The notes beneath the pieces were generated by a model. It worked only from the letters and a program-made list of their open reading frames with translations. It did not search any database and had not been told where the DNA came from. Positions 20,716-30,595 of a DNA stretch of 32,000 bases are shown in pieces. The first letter of the stretch is position 1. Every line of letters starts with the position of its first letter. The stretch is from Verrucomicrobiota bacterium. Lineage in GTDB: Bacteria; Verrucomicrobiota; Verrucomicrobiia; Opitutales; LL51. The DNA lies in the NCBI GenBank assembly GCA_021294815.2, contig CP095464.1:810001-842000 (forward strand). Reading direction: 5' to 3'. Both the position numbers and the translations under genes were made by a program.

Positions 20716-20838
20716 ATACCTCTCCCTAGCAAACAATCGACGCGCCAGCAATGATTTTCCATAAAAAAGAAAGTTTTGTGGTTTCTTTTACAAAAAGACT
20801 TGTCGCATAAGGATCGAAAAGCGACACTTTGACCACAT

Positions 20839-21825
20839 ATGTCGCCGTACCGCGTTGTCTTCATGGGGTCGCACCCCATTGCGCTCCCGATGTTGGAGCT
20901 TCTATCGAAAAAAATGCCTGAGATTTCACTGGTAGGAATAATTTCGCAACCCGATCGGCGGTCAGGGCGAGGACAACATCTTTTGCCAAATCCGATTTCC
21001 GCCTGGGCACTTGAAAATGCCATTCCATTGGGTCGTCCCGATAAACCTTCTGACGAGACGGTCGCATGGATCCAAAACCGGCAATGTGATATTATTTTGG
21101 TGATGGCCTACGGTTATATTTTAAGGAAAAATATCCGAGAAGCGGTACCCTCGGGCATTTACAACCTCCATGCCTCATTGCTACCACGCTTTCGTGGAGC
21201 CGCACCGATCGAGGCTGCGCTGGCTTCAGGAATAACCGAGACGGGGATTTCTTTGATGGAAGTGGCACAAGGCATGGATGCGGGAGATGTCTTTGCAACA
21301 CAACCGGTAGCGATTTCACCGGAAGACAATGCTGAGAGTTTGACACAAAAACTTTCTTTAGCAGCGCGAGATATCGTCCGAGATCAATTTTTATCGCTTT
21401 GCCGCGGGACATTGTCGCGCCAGGCTCAAGATCCATCAAAAATAACGTACTGCCGGAAACTTGAGAAGGAGGATCGTTTCTTGGATTTCACGCAACCGGC
21501 CAAAGTGTTGTTGAACCGTATTCGTGCCTTGTCGCCACATCTCGGATGTATCATCGAGGTCGGAAATGAATGTTACAAAATCGAAAGTACGCGCACCGTT
21601 TCCCAGACGGCATATAGCTCAGGAATGATCTTTTTAGATAAGGAGAATCTATGTGTTGCCTGTGGTTCCCGTGAAGCACTGGTCATCGATCTCATCCAGA
21701 AACCAGGTGGAAAGAAAATGCCGACCAAGCGATTTCTTCAGGGCAATCGTGGATTCTTGAATGCGGGTTGTGTTAAAAATCATAGCCCGATGAAACCTTT
21801 TGAATCATCAGTTTTTCCGTTTTAA
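20839..21825 (+). CDS. fmt: Methionyl-tRNA formyltransferase
   Basis: RVVFMGS start, the QPDRRSGRG block, NLHASLLPRFRGAAPI, and a C-terminal Fmt domain. 328 aa. Confidence 0.9.
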   Translation: MSPYRVVFMGSHPIALPMLELLSKKMPEISLVGIISQPDRRSGRGQHLLPNPISAWALENAIPLGRPDKPSDETVAWIQNRQCDIILVMAYGYILRKNIREAVPSGIYNLHASLLPRFRGAAPIEAALASGITETGISLMEVAQGMDAGDVFATQPVAISPEDNAESLTQKLSLAARDIVRDQFLSLCRGTLSRQAQDPSKITYCRKLEKEDRFLDFTQPAKVLLNRIRALSPHLGCIIEVGNECYKIESTRTVSQTAYSSGMIFLDKENLCVACGSREALVIDLIQKPGGKKMPTKRFLQGNRGFLNAGCVKNHSPMKPFESSVFPF

Positions 21826-21876
21826 ATAACGTCTTGACAAGCGCTGGGCGCCCGATACGGTACGAGGCCTTGTCGG

Positions 21877-21953
21877 GGGGTGGTAGCTCAGTTGGTTAGA
21901 GCGCCTGCCTGTCACGCAGGAGGTCGCGGGTTCGAGTCCCGTCCATCCCGCCA
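21877..21953 (+). tRNA. tRNA-Asp (anticodon GTC), CCA encoded
   Basis: Cloverleaf folded by hand. Acceptor stem ggggtgg/ccatccc, D-arm gctcagttggttagagc, anticodon arm cctgc-CTGTCAC-gcagg, T-arm gcgggttcgagtcccgt, then discriminator g plus cca. Confidence 0.95.
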
Positions 21954-22029
21954 TGACTTTGTTAATATTTCGTAAAATGTAAAAATTTTTTCTTGACAGG
22001 GTTGTTTTTCCTAAACTACGTTGCTGTTT

Positions 22030-22575
22030 ATGAAATCGAAAGCAACGTTTAGTAAAATTTTTGTTTTTATTACTTTTTTAAGTTCTTCGCTTGATGCAAA
22101 AACTGCTCTGACAAGTTTGGGAGATGCTTTGCAGTTTGCGATTCCAGCGTTTGCTTTTGGGACGACCCTTGTAAAGAAAGACACAGAAGGTATGAAGGAG
22201 TGGGCGCTTTCTTGCGGGACATCAGCGTTACTGACGCTCGGCATTAAACAGGCAACAAAGCATTCGTCGATTGGGCGGCGCCCGAATGGCGGCAAAGGTT
22301 CGTTCCCTTCGGGACACACATCTTCAGCTTTTCAGGGAGCGTTTTTTCTGCAACGGCGCTACGGTTGGTCGTACGGTGTTCCAGCGCTTGGATTAGCCTG
22401 CCTTACAGCCTATAGTCGTGTGAAAGGAAAATACCATCATTGGCGCGATATTGGTGTAGGTGCCGCAATGGGATTTTTGGTGAATCTTATCTTTACGAAA
22501 CCCTACGCGAAGAACGGCATTACCGTGAGTGCCGCAGATGAAGGTGTTGGCCTGACAATTTCAAAGTCGTTTTAG
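22030..22575 (+). CDS. PAP2-family (type 2) lipid/acid phosphatase, secreted or membrane-associated
   Basis: The tripartite PAP2 signature is present: K-x6-RP (KHSSIGRRP), PSGH (FPSGHTS) and SR-x5-H-x3-D (SRVKGKYHHWRD). A signal-peptide-like N-terminus appears if the ATG at 22030 is used instead of the TTG at 22021. Confidence 0.85.
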   Translation: MKSKATFSKIFVFITFLSSSLDAKTALTSLGDALQFAIPAFAFGTTLVKKDTEGMKEWALSCGTSALLTLGIKQATKHSSIGRRPNGGKGSFPSGHTSSAFQGAFFLQRRYGWSYGVPALGLACLTAYSRVKGKYHHWRDIGVGAAMGFLVNLIFTKPYAKNGITVSAADEGVGLTISKSF

Positions 22576-22587
22576 TCGTCATTTTGA

Positions 22588-22605
22588 GGGGCACAGCTGT
22601 GCCCC
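22588..22605 (+). terminator. Perfect 18-nt GC-rich palindrome after the PAP2 gene (possible terminator)
   Basis: ggggcacagctgtgcccc followed by atttg. The stem is strong but the U-tract is poor. Confidence 0.4.
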
Positions 22606-22684
22606 ATTTGAGCCTAATTGGGAAAATATCAAAAAATGTTAAAGTAAATTTGACACGAAAAGGAAATCTTTTAATTAAAAACTG

Positions 22685-22736
22685 TTGACTGGGGGGATGA
22701 AGTGGGAGATATTGGGACTCAAGAGTAGCTAGTGGA
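22685..22736 (+). promoter_or_regulatory. Candidate mra promoter with overlapping MraZ-box-like TGGG direct repeats
   Basis: TTGACT (22685-22690), a 17-nt spacer, then GATATT (22708-22713). GTGGG (22702-22706) and TTGGG (22712-22716) are exactly 10 nt apart, and an in-phase GTGGA lies at 22732-22736. As I recall, MraZ of E. coli binds TGGGN repeats with 10-nt periodicity at Pmra. Confidence 0.4.
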
Positions 22737-22742
22737 AGCCCT

Positions 22743-23192
22743 GTGGATTCGTGGATTAACAGTTTTTATGTGGGTGAGTATACGCGTCAAATGGACGAAA
22801 AGATGCGTGTTGCGATGCCCTCAAAGTGGCGACCGGAAGATGGTGAGGCGGCCTTTTTGGCGCTACCGAATCCTCTCGGTTGTCTGACGGTTTATCCCCC
22901 AAAAATGGTCACGCGGCTTGAAGAAAAGGTCGCACAGGTAAGTCTTGGTGATACCGCGGGGCAGATGGCGCTCGCAAAGTTATTTTCAAAGGCCGATATT
23001 TTTTCGTGTGACAGCAAGGGGCGTGTCAAATTAGAAGAACGTCTTTTGCGGTTTGCACAAATCGCGACGGAAGCGGTTTTTGTTGGTGGTGGTGCTGTTT
23101 TTAACATTTGGTCGCCGGAGCGTTTTAAGGAATACATTGCTAATGAATCGCTCGATGACGTGACCGGGGTGCTGAAAGGCTTAGGTTTATGA
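22743..23192 (+). CDS. mraZ: Transcriptional regulator MraZ (GTG start; the GTG at 22770 is an alternative)
   Basis: Two SpoVT/AbrB-like halves carrying the DxxxR motifs (MDEKMRVAMPSKWR and DSKGRVKLEERL). The stop overlaps the rsmH start (ATGA). Confidence 0.85.
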   Translation: MDSWINSFYVGEYTRQMDEKMRVAMPSKWRPEDGEAAFLALPNPLGCLTVYPPKMVTRLEEKVAQVSLGDTAGQMALAKLFSKADIFSCDSKGRVKLEERLLRFAQIATEAVFVGGGAVFNIWSPERFKEYIANESLDDVTGVLKGLGL

Positions 23193-24070
23193 CGACGGCA
23201 ACCAAATTACAGCACTACCCCGTTATGCTTTACGAGGTCACGCAGGTGTTGATAAACAATCCGGCGGGAACGTATTTAGACTGCACCTTTGGAGCAGGGG
23301 GACACAGTCGACATTTTCTCGAAGAGTTTCCAAACATCCAGCTTTATGGCATCGATCGCGATCCTGATGCATGGGAGAGAGCAGAGGAGTTGAAAAGAGC
23401 GTTTCCTGAGAATTTCTTTTTTGAGTGCATGCCGTTTTCGACACTTGATCGTCTAGGTGTCAAGGTGTTCTCAGGAGTTTTGTTCGACTTTGGCATTTCA
23501 TCAATCCAGCTTGATGACGCCGAACGCGGGTTTTCATTCCGCTACCATACGCCACTTGATATGCGAATGAATCCGAAGCAGGGAATGAGTGCCCAAGAAT
23601 TTCTTAAAACCGCGTCGCGTGAACAGTTAATAGAGGCGATTTGTGATTTTGGTGAAGAAGTACAGGGGCGCCGCATCGTCGATTTGATCCTCAAGAACCG
23701 CGGAAGTGAGGTTTTAGAATTTGCCGATACTTTTGCGGATCTCATTGCGCAACATTGTCCGCGTTCAGGGAAAATTCATCCGGCGACAAAAACATTTCAG
23801 GGGATCCGTATTGCGGTAAATCACGAACTCGAGGAAATTCGACAAGCGCTACCGAAAGCGTTTGAACGGCTTCAACCGGGTGGGCGCCTCGTCGTATTGA
23901 GTTTTCACTCCTTAGAGGATCGCATTGTAAAGCAGTTCTGGCGGCAAATGGAGGCATCTTCACGCGCAAAATCATTAACGCTAAAGCCGATGCTTCCTTT
24001 GTCTGAGGAGGTACAAATGAACCCGCGGAGCCGTTCCGCAAAACTACGTATTTTGGAGAAATTTCAATGA
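23189..24070 (+). CDS. rsmH: 16S rRNA (cytosine1402-N4)-methyltransferase RsmH/MraW
   Basis: HYPVML, DCTFGAGGHS, GIDRDP, LFDFGISSIQLD, FHSLEDRIVK and NPRSRSAKLR. Confidence 0.93.
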   Translation: MTTATKLQHYPVMLYEVTQVLINNPAGTYLDCTFGAGGHSRHFLEEFPNIQLYGIDRDPDAWERAEELKRAFPENFFFECMPFSTLDRLGVKVFSGVLFDFGISSIQLDDAERGFSFRYHTPLDMRMNPKQGMSAQEFLKTASREQLIEAICDFGEEVQGRRIVDLILKNRGSEVLEFADTFADLIAQHCPRSGKIHPATKTFQGIRIAVNHELEEIRQALPKAFERLQPGGRLVVLSFHSLEDRIVKQFWRQMEASSRAKSLTLKPMLPLSEEVQMNPRSRSAKLRILEKFQ

Positions 24071-24432
24071 AACTAGCTTTTTCGATTCATCGATTATCCT
24101 TGCCGCAATCTTCCGTAGCGCTTTGGAGCGGGTGTTGCGCGGTATTTGTTCTAACCTCTATTCTCGGAATATTGTACCTTCGAGAATTAACACTCTGTTC
24201 GGTGCGACATATTCAAAAAATTGAGGGTCAGTGTAAGGCTTTGCGCAACCGAAGCACAGCACTCGCTGCGTATATCGCTCAGATGCGATCGCCGGTAACG
24301 TTCCCCGCGGATGGAATCGTTCAATGCGATTTTAAGGGTAATGTTTTAAAAGTCCGCGATTGGGATCAGTACAAGAAGGCGTACTTGATGCGTAATGCCT
24401 TGGCTTGGAACTACCGCAAGGATCGGCCGTAA
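24067..24432 (+). CDS. ftsL: FtsL-like small bitopic membrane protein (assigned by position)
   Basis: 121 aa with one TM helix (LWSGCCAVFVLTSILGILYL) followed by a helical segment. ATGA-coupled to rsmH, in the slot normally held by ftsL. No diagnostic motif. Confidence 0.5.
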   Translation: MKLAFSIHRLSLPQSSVALWSGCCAVFVLTSILGILYLRELTLCSVRHIQKIEGQCKALRNRSTALAAYIAQMRSPVTFPADGIVQCDFKGNVLKVRDWDQYKKAYLMRNALAWNYRKDRP

Positions 24433-24465
24433 TATTTTTTCGCTGTTTAGCGTCATAGATAAAAG

Positions 24466-24488
24466 CAGAGGTCTCAATGAGGCCTCTG
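24466..24488. terminator. Bidirectional hairpin terminator between the ftsL-like gene and rpsA
   Basis: cagaggtctc-aat-gaggcctctg forms a 10-bp stem (one G-U pair) with a 3-nt loop. It is flanked by TTTG on the plus strand and CTTTTAT on the minus strand. Confidence 0.6.
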
Positions 24489-24520
24489 TTTGAATTATCC
24501 ATTGCGTATCGGATTTTTTG

Positions 24521-26188
24521 TTAGGAGTGCTCGATCTCAATCTTATCGAAAATATCACCGAGGTTGGTCATCTCCTGATCGCTTTTGAGCTTATCGTAAG
24601 CGCGAATTTCCGCTTCTAATGCACTGGCATCGTAGTTAGCAGCTTTAATTGATAACCCGATTCGGCGCTCGTTGCGGTCAATCTTCACGACCCGGGCCGT
24701 AACTTCACTTCCGACATTGAGAACATCTTTAATTTTCTCAATACGGCCTTCGGCAATTTGGCTGATGTGGACCATACCGTCGATACCGTTGGGTAGTTCA
24801 ATAAAGGCACCGTAAGAGGTGATTTTGTTGACCGTACCCGTTACAAGACTGCCGATTTGGAAGAGGGATTCGATATTCTCCCACGGGTCGCCGGTGAGTT
24901 GTTTGAGACCCAAAGCAATCCGCTGCTGCGACGGATCGATATCGATTACCATTGCATCAACGACATCGCCCTTTTTGAGGACCTCGCTCGGGTGGTTAAT
25001 CTTTTTCGTCCAGCTGATATCGGAAACATGGATCATACCGTCAATGCCGTCCTCGAGTTCGACGAATGCACCGTAGTTGGTAAGATTGCGAACTGTTCCA
25101 CGAACATGGGCGCCAACTGGATAGTTGTGTTTAACCATCTCCCACGGATTTTCTTCGAGTTGTTTGATCCCGAGGGCGATCTTTTGGTTTGATTTTTCAA
25201 TACCAATAACGACTGCTTTAACTTCATCGCCGACTTTGAGGATTTCGCTCGGCTTATTGATTCGCTTCGTCCAGGACATTTCCGCGACATGGATGAGACC
25301 TTCAACGCCGGGTTCGAGTTCGACAAATGCACCGTAGGGAACAAGGTTGACGACCTTACCGGTAACCTGGCTGCCCATCGGATAGCGATGCTCGATATTA
25401 TCCCAGGGGTTATTTTGGGTCTGTTTCATACCAAGCGCGACCCGTTCTTTGTCGGGATCGATCTCGAGCACCATGACTTCGATTTCTTCGCCTGGGCTAA
25501 CCAGCTCACTTGGATGTGAAATCCGGCCCCAAGACATATCGGTGATATGTAAGAGTCCGTCGAGTCCATCGAGGTCAACAAAGACTCCGTAATCTGTGAT
25601 GTTTTTAACAACACCGCGACATGTTTTGCCGACTTGAATATTGGAAAGGGCTTTTTGGCGCTTCTCTTTGCGTTCTTCCTCAATGAGCTCGCGGCGCGAT
25701 ACGACAATATTTTTCCGATCGAGATTAATTTTGACGATCTTGAAGTCGTAGGTCTGGCCGATGTATTGATCGAGATTTTTAGGCGCCTGGGTATCGATTT
25801 GCGAACCGGGTAGGAAGGCATCGACGCCGATATTCACAATGAGGCCACCCTTTGTTTTGGCTTTCACCTTACCGCGAATAACGGTTCCTTCGGGGCACTC
25901 TTCAACAATACGTGCCCAGTTTTTCTTTTGTTCGGCTTTATCGAACGAGACGACGGGATTACCTTCGCGATCTTCGAGTTTTTCTAAAAAAACGCCGATG
26001 GTTTGGCCGACAGAAAACTCATTAATATCGTTAAACTCGATAACAGGGATTTTACCTTCTGTTTTCGTACCGATATCGACTGTAACGGCATCAGCACCAA
26101 TTTTTGTAATGACCGCAGGAATGACGGTCCCTGGAAGCAGTTCCTTAATAGGCTTTGCCTCCAGCAGTTGTTCCATAATATTTGACAT
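24521..26188 (-). CDS. rpsA: 30S ribosomal protein S1 (six S1 domains)
   Basis: Six repeats of the S1 fold pattern (G.V......GAFV.L..G..GL.H.S...). 555 aa. GGAG lies 8 nt upstream of the ATG. Confidence 0.96.
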   Translation of the reverse strand: MSNIMEQLLEAKPIKELLPGTVIPAVITKIGADAVTVDIGTKTEGKIPVIEFNDINEFSVGQTIGVFLEKLEDREGNPVVSFDKAEQKKNWARIVEECPEGTVIRGKVKAKTKGGLIVNIGVDAFLPGSQIDTQAPKNLDQYIGQTYDFKIVKINLDRKNIVVSRRELIEEERKEKRQKALSNIQVGKTCRGVVKNITDYGVFVDLDGLDGLLHITDMSWGRISHPSELVSPGEEIEVMVLEIDPDKERVALGMKQTQNNPWDNIEHRYPMGSQVTGKVVNLVPYGAFVELEPGVEGLIHVAEMSWTKRINKPSEILKVGDEVKAVVIGIEKSNQKIALGIKQLEENPWEMVKHNYPVGAHVRGTVRNLTNYGAFVELEDGIDGMIHVSDISWTKKINHPSEVLKKGDVVDAMVIDIDPSQQRIALGLKQLTGDPWENIESLFQIGSLVTGTVNKITSYGAFIELPNGIDGMVHISQIAEGRIEKIKDVLNVGSEVTARVVKIDRNERRIGLSIKAANYDASALEAEIRAYDKLKSDQEMTNLGDIFDKIEIEHS

Positions 26189-26428
26189 GAATTGAACTCC
26201 GCTTGGGAGGTTAAGGGTTAATAGGGATCGAACGCCACCGTGGCGCGAAACCTAGAGGGCAGCGAAGTAGATTTCCATGAAGAAGCAAGACTTATATGTG
26301 AAAATTTTTTAATGGGATTGTTTTTAGAACTTGATTCTTAAAAAAACCGGCTCTAGAAGGGCGGCATTATTGAATCACGTCCGAAAATCTTTCTTTTTTG
26401 GATTCCACTACTTCCGATTTTTATCGAG

Positions 26429-27868
26429 GTGGTATTTGGGATTATTTGTAGCCGATATTTCAACGTCTGGTACCTCGGAGGTTTTTTAACGCTTTTGCTT
26501 TTCTGCTTTTTACGATTCCAAAAAATTCTGCTTCATGTCGGTATTTTCTTAGGAACAATGCTTTACACGGCTTGGCGTATGGAACCGCCGCTCGATATGG
26601 ATCGCCAACAGCTATGGCGTGTGTGTTATGCGGTAGAAATTGAGAAAATCGATCAAAAGCCCGGGCGCGGAAAAGCCTACGGTTACGGGCGTATCATAGA
26701 AGCGAAAAATGTCCATAAACTCGTTGGGCATCGTGTTTATTTTTATCTCAATGGTTCAGAGCACTATGTTCCGTCACAAGTTCTCAAATTACGTTCCGAT
26801 ATTCGGATTCTGAAATCTGACAAAACAAAGCCCAGTGCTGATGAGCATTTTTTCCAATATCTCGTACAGAAAAATATCAACCTCTATGCCTACCGCGGAG
26901 AAGTACTAACGGTTGAACAGCCCGCCTCATGGATTGCAGATTTTTTCGATCGAATCCGAACGACATTCCATGCTTCGCTTGGGGCTGCGTCTCAACGCCT
27001 AGGCGTCGATTCATCGGATGGCATTCTTTACGGGATGCTGTTGAGTGAGAAGAAGGAACTCACGGCATTTCAAAAGGAACAGTTTCATAATACCGGTGTC
27101 GCGCACCTTCTCGCCGTCAGCGGTCTACACATTGGAATGATTGCGCTGGCACTGGAATTTTTGTGTAAGTGCTGTTTCTTAAAAAAGACCGGGCGACGTT
27201 CGTTGATTGCCTGCATTTTATTTTTCTATATCGGGGCCATTGGATTTCCCCCGTCTGCTGTTCGTGCCTGGATGATGCTTGTCTGTTTTTGGATGGCGCC
27301 GATTTTGGATCGGAAAAGTTCGGGTATGTCGTCGCTATTATGTTCGGCCTTATTGGCGCTGATCCACAACCCCATGACGTTGTTTGATATTGGTTTTCAG
27401 CTCTCTTACGGAGTGGTGGCGATGATCCTCTTATGTAGCGAGGTATTATGCCGACGAAAGAAGAAAATTCTATCCCTCTTATCGGTTTCTATAGCTGCAA
27501 CGCTAGCGAGCGCTCCATTGACGTTTGAGTATTTCAGTATGTTCAGTCTGGTAGGTATTTTTATTAACCCGTTGGTAGTTCAACTAGCGATGCCGGCAGT
27601 TGCGAGTGGTTTTTTATTTTTGTTGGGGAGTTTATGTGGAGAAAATAGACTCTCGGATATCTGCTTCGGTATTGCCCGATGTCTGACGAAAATTTTAGAG
27701 CTGTTTTTAAATATCGTTGAACAATGGATGCCCTGGCATATCGAATGGGCTACGAAACCGAAATTTTTAGGACTTTTAATGTTTTTGTGTTTTCTCGTCA
27801 TCGGTTTTTGGATTTCCTGGTATGCACAGTTTCGCCAATGGAGTCGAGTTCATGCCGAAAAACGTTGA
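26429..27868 (+). CDS. comEC: ComEC/Rec2-family DNA internalisation channel, short form (competence domain only; no C-terminal MBL domain)
   Basis: Polytopic membrane protein containing [19 protein letters not shown], the hallmark of the ComEC competence domain. 479 aa with a GTG start. Confidence 0.8.
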   Translation: MVFGIICSRYFNVWYLGGFLTLLLFCFLRFQKILLHVGIFLGTMLYTAWRMEPPLDMDRQQLWRVCYAVEIEKIDQKPGRGKAYGYGRIIEAKNVHKLVGHRVYFYLNGSEHYVPSQVLKLRSDIRILKSDKTKPSADEHFFQYLVQKNINLYAYRGEVLTVEQPASWIADFFDRIRTTFHASLGAASQRLGVDSSDGILYGMLLSEKKELTAFQKEQFHNTGVAHLLAVSGLHIGMIALALEFLCKCCFLKKTGRRSLIACILFFYIGAIGFPPSAVRAWMMLVCFWMAPILDRKSSGMSSLLCSALLALIHNPMTLFDIGFQLSYGVVAMILLCSEVLCRRKKKILSLLSVSIAATLASAPLTFEYFSMFSLVGIFINPLVVQLAMPAVASGFLFLLGSLCGENRLSDICFGIARCLTKILELFLNIVEQWMPWHIEWATKPKFLGLLMFLCFLVIGFWISWYAQFRQWSRVHAEKR

Positions 27869-27899
27869 CGCAATTCCGGTAAAATGCTCTATCCTAGAC

Positions 27900-30590
27900 A
27901 TGTCTGATCACAGTAAGATCTACGAGTTTGGCGCAAAAACCGATGGAAATGCGAAAATGCGCGACCTCCTCGGCGGTAAAGGCGCAAACTTAGCGGAGAT
28001 GGCGCGGATAGGTTTACCAGTTCCCCCGGGCTTTACGATTACGACGGAAGTATGTAGTGCGTTTAAAGCAAATGGCGAACGTTTACCGGATGGGCTCATG
28101 GACCTCGTTAAAGCGGCGATACAGAAGGTTGAACAGCAACAGAATAAGCGTTTTGGCGACCTGCATAACCCTTTACTTTTTTCCGTACGCTCTGGTGCAC
28201 GGGAATCGATGCCGGGCATGATGGATACCATTTTAAACCTCGGGCTCAATGATCAGAGTGTACAGGGATTTGCGGAAAAAACCGGTAATCCACGTTTTGC
28301 CTACGACTGTTATCGCCGGTTCATCCAGATGTATGGCGATGTTGTAATGGGGGTCCAAGCAAAGGACGAGCACGAAGAAGAGCCCTTTGACGTTCTCCTC
28401 AATCAACTGAAAAAAGAAGAAGGTGCCGCGAATGATGTCGATCTTTCCGCCGAAGCACTCCAAAAGCTCATTGGACGCTACAAGGAACTCATTAAAAAAT
28501 CCGTAGGGCGTGAATTTCCCCAAGATGTATACGCGCAGCTCGAGGGTGCGATTGGCGCGGTCTTTAAATCCTGGAACAACGAACGTGCAGTGATTTATCG
28601 CCAAAAATACAACATTCCCTCCGAATGGGGGACGGCGGTAAACGTCCAATCGATGGTCTTCGGTAATATGGGGAATAATTGCGCAACAGGCGTCGCCTTT
28701 ACGCGCAATCCAGCCAACGGTAAGCACGAGTTCTACGGAGAATACCTCATTAATGCCCAAGGTGAAGATGTTGTTGCCGGTATTCGGACGCCACAACCCA
28801 TTAAAGCACTCGAGCAAGATATGCCTGATGCTTATCGGCAACTCGTCGAAGTATGTCGGATTTTAGAAGACCACTTCTGTGATATGCAAGACTTTGAGTT
28901 TACGATTGAGCAGGAGAAGCTCTATATGTTGCAAACCCGTAATGGCAAGCGGACAGGCCTAGCTGCTGTGCGTATTGCGGCTGAAATGGTTGAGGAAAAA
29001 CGCATTACCCAAGAAGAAGCCATTAAGCGCATTCCGGCGGATTCAATTTCGTCATTACTTGTCCCCGTCTTTGATGAGTCCCGTAAGAAGGACTTGAAGA
29101 AATTAGCCGTCGGGCTAGCCGCAGGACCGGGAGCGGCCTGTGGGAAAGTTGTTTTTTCAGCAAAAGCAGCTGAATCGGCGCATGCGCGAGGCGAAAAAGT
29201 AGTGCTCTGCCGTATTGAGACATCTCCGGAAGATATCCGCGGTATGTTAGCCTCTGAAGGCATTTTAACCAGTCGTGGTGGGGTAAGTTCCCACGCCGCA
29301 CTTGTCGCACGTCAAATGGGGAAAGTTTGTGTCTGTGGCGCGGGAAGCCTCCATATTGATTACACCTCTAAAACGGTCCAGGTCGCAGATACGACGATTA
29401 AAGAGAGCGATTACATTTCCATCGATGGAACAACCGGAGAGGTTTTTTTAGGGGAAATCGCCACCGTTCCTTCCGAAGTAAACCGTGTACTTGCTGGTGA
29501 AATCGAAGCTAAAGATAGCGATGTCTATCGTTTATTTTCGACGATAATGGGTTGGGCCGATCACTTCCGCAAGCTAGGCATCCGGACAAATTCTGATTCT
29601 CCAAAACAGGCGCATCAGGCATTATTACTTGGAGCAGAAGGTATTGGGCTTTGCCGTACGGAACATATGTTCTTTGAGAGTGATCGCATTGATTTTGTCC
29701 GTCAGATGATTTTGGCGACGACGGTTGAGGATCGCATTGCGGCTTTGGCACATCTTAAACCGCTACAACGCGGAGATTTTGAAGCCATTTTCCGCGAAAT
29801 GAAGGGCCTACCGGTGACGATCCGCTTGCTGGATCCGCCGCTCCACGAGTTTTTACCAAACACCGCGGATGCAATTGAAGCACTGTCGAAAAAAATCCAT
29901 ATTCCGGCCGAGGCAATTCAACAGCGCGTGCAGTCTCTCCACGAGCAGAACCCGATGCTGGGACATCGTGGCTGTCGTCTCGGAATCACGTATCCGGAGA
30001 TCACAACGATGCAGGCTTCGGCGATTTTTGAAGCGGTAGCGCAGGTACAATCCGAAGGGATTCCTGTCGAAGTTGAGGTAATGATTCCATTGATTGGCTT
30101 TGTGGGAGAATTAAAACACCAGGCGGCACTCATTCATGAAGCTGCGCAGAAGGTGATGATGGAACAAAAAGCCGATATTCATTACAAAGTCGGTACGATG
30201 CTCGAGTTGCCGCGTGCAGCTCTCATTGCGGATCAATTAGCGGAAACAGCACAGTTCTTCAGCTTCGGAACCAATGATTTGACGCAAACGACACTTGGAA
30301 TGAGTCGCGATGATTCCGGGACCTTTTTACCCGAGTATATCCGCGATGAGGTGATCCGACGGAATCCGTTTGCATCGATTGATGTCGAAGGAGTTGGACA
30401 GCTCATGCAGATTGCAGTCCAAAATGCACACAAAACACGTCCTGATATCAAGCTTGGAATCTGTGGTGAACACGGTGGAGAACCAGATTCTATTAAGTTC
30501 TGTCACAGGCTCGGCCTCACTTATGTGAGCTGTGCCCCCAATCGCGTCCCCGTCGCGAAAATCGCTGCCGCACAAGCCGCACTCGAATAG
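27900..30590 (+). CDS. ppdK: Pyruvate, phosphate dikinase
   Basis: [12 protein letters not shown], the phospho-His loop [15 protein letters not shown], and the PEP-utilising C-terminal [13 protein letters not shown] chose the start at [11 protein letters not shown] (27900) rather than the track start 27822, which overlaps comEC. Confidence 0.95.
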   Translation: MSDHSKIYEFGAKTDGNAKMRDLLGGKGANLAEMARIGLPVPPGFTITTEVCSAFKANGERLPDGLMDLVKAAIQKVEQQQNKRFGDLHNPLLFSVRSGARESMPGMMDTILNLGLNDQSVQGFAEKTGNPRFAYDCYRRFIQMYGDVVMGVQAKDEHEEEPFDVLLNQLKKEEGAANDVDLSAEALQKLIGRYKELIKKSVGREFPQDVYAQLEGAIGAVFKSWNNERAVIYRQKYNIPSEWGTAVNVQSMVFGNMGNNCATGVAFTRNPANGKHEFYGEYLINAQGEDVVAGIRTPQPIKALEQDMPDAYRQLVEVCRILEDHFCDMQDFEFTIEQEKLYMLQTRNGKRTGLAAVRIAAEMVEEKRITQEEAIKRIPADSISSLLVPVFDESRKKDLKKLAVGLAAGPGAACGKVVFSAKAAESAHARGEKVVLCRIETSPEDIRGMLASEGILTSRGGVSSHAALVARQMGKVCVCGAGSLHIDYTSKTVQVADTTIKESDYISIDGTTGEVFLGEIATVPSEVNRVLAGEIEAKDSDVYRLFSTIMGWADHFRKLGIRTNSDSPKQAHQALLLGAEGIGLCRTEHMFFESDRIDFVRQMILATTVEDRIAALAHLKPLQRGDFEAIFREMKGLPVTIRLLDPPLHEFLPNTADAIEALSKKIHIPAEAIQQRVQSLHEQNPMLGHRGCRLGITYPEITTMQASAIFEAVAQVQSEGIPVEVEVMIPLIGFVGELKHQAALIHEAAQKVMMEQKADIHYKVGTMLELPRAALIADQLAETAQFFSFGTNDLTQTTLGMSRDDSGTFLPEYIRDEVIRRNPFASIDVEGVGQLMQIAVQNAHKTRPDIKLGICGEHGGEPDSIKFCHRLGLTYVSCAPNRVPVAKIAAAQAALE

Positions 30591-30595
30591 TTGTT

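Noticed and set aside
21877-22742. tRNA-Asp followed by a PAP2 gene and a strong palindrome: a possible small integrated island at a tRNA.
   Set aside because: There is no integrase and no recognisable direct repeat of the tRNA 3' end downstream. Only one ordinary gene is involved.
24819-26195. Several 60-118-aa ORFs on the plus strand opposite rpsA. Similar antisense ORFs lie opposite mreB (14064-14873), ppdK (27920-29310), atpD, the antiporter and fmt.
   Set aside because: They lie entirely inside strongly supported genes, have low-complexity or Arg/Ser/Pro-rich compositions, and carry no motifs. These are typical shadow ORFs of codon-biased genes.
26357-26428. The comEC frame is open for 72 nt upstream of the GTG. 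It encodes a TM-like stretch (SRPKIFLFWIPLLPIFIE), hinting at a longer protein with a non-canonical start (in-frame ATT codons).
   Set aside because: There is no ATG, GTG or TTG in that stretch. The T-rich DNA translates to F/L/I by default. A non-canonical start is an extraordinary claim without supporting data.
27822-27899. Longer ppdK start ([16 protein letters not shown]...) overlapping the comEC 3' end by 47 nt.
   Set aside because: The PpdK family alignment, as I recall it, begins close to the ...YxF..G motif ([11 protein letters not shown]). The extension has no conserved features. I kept 27900 as the start.
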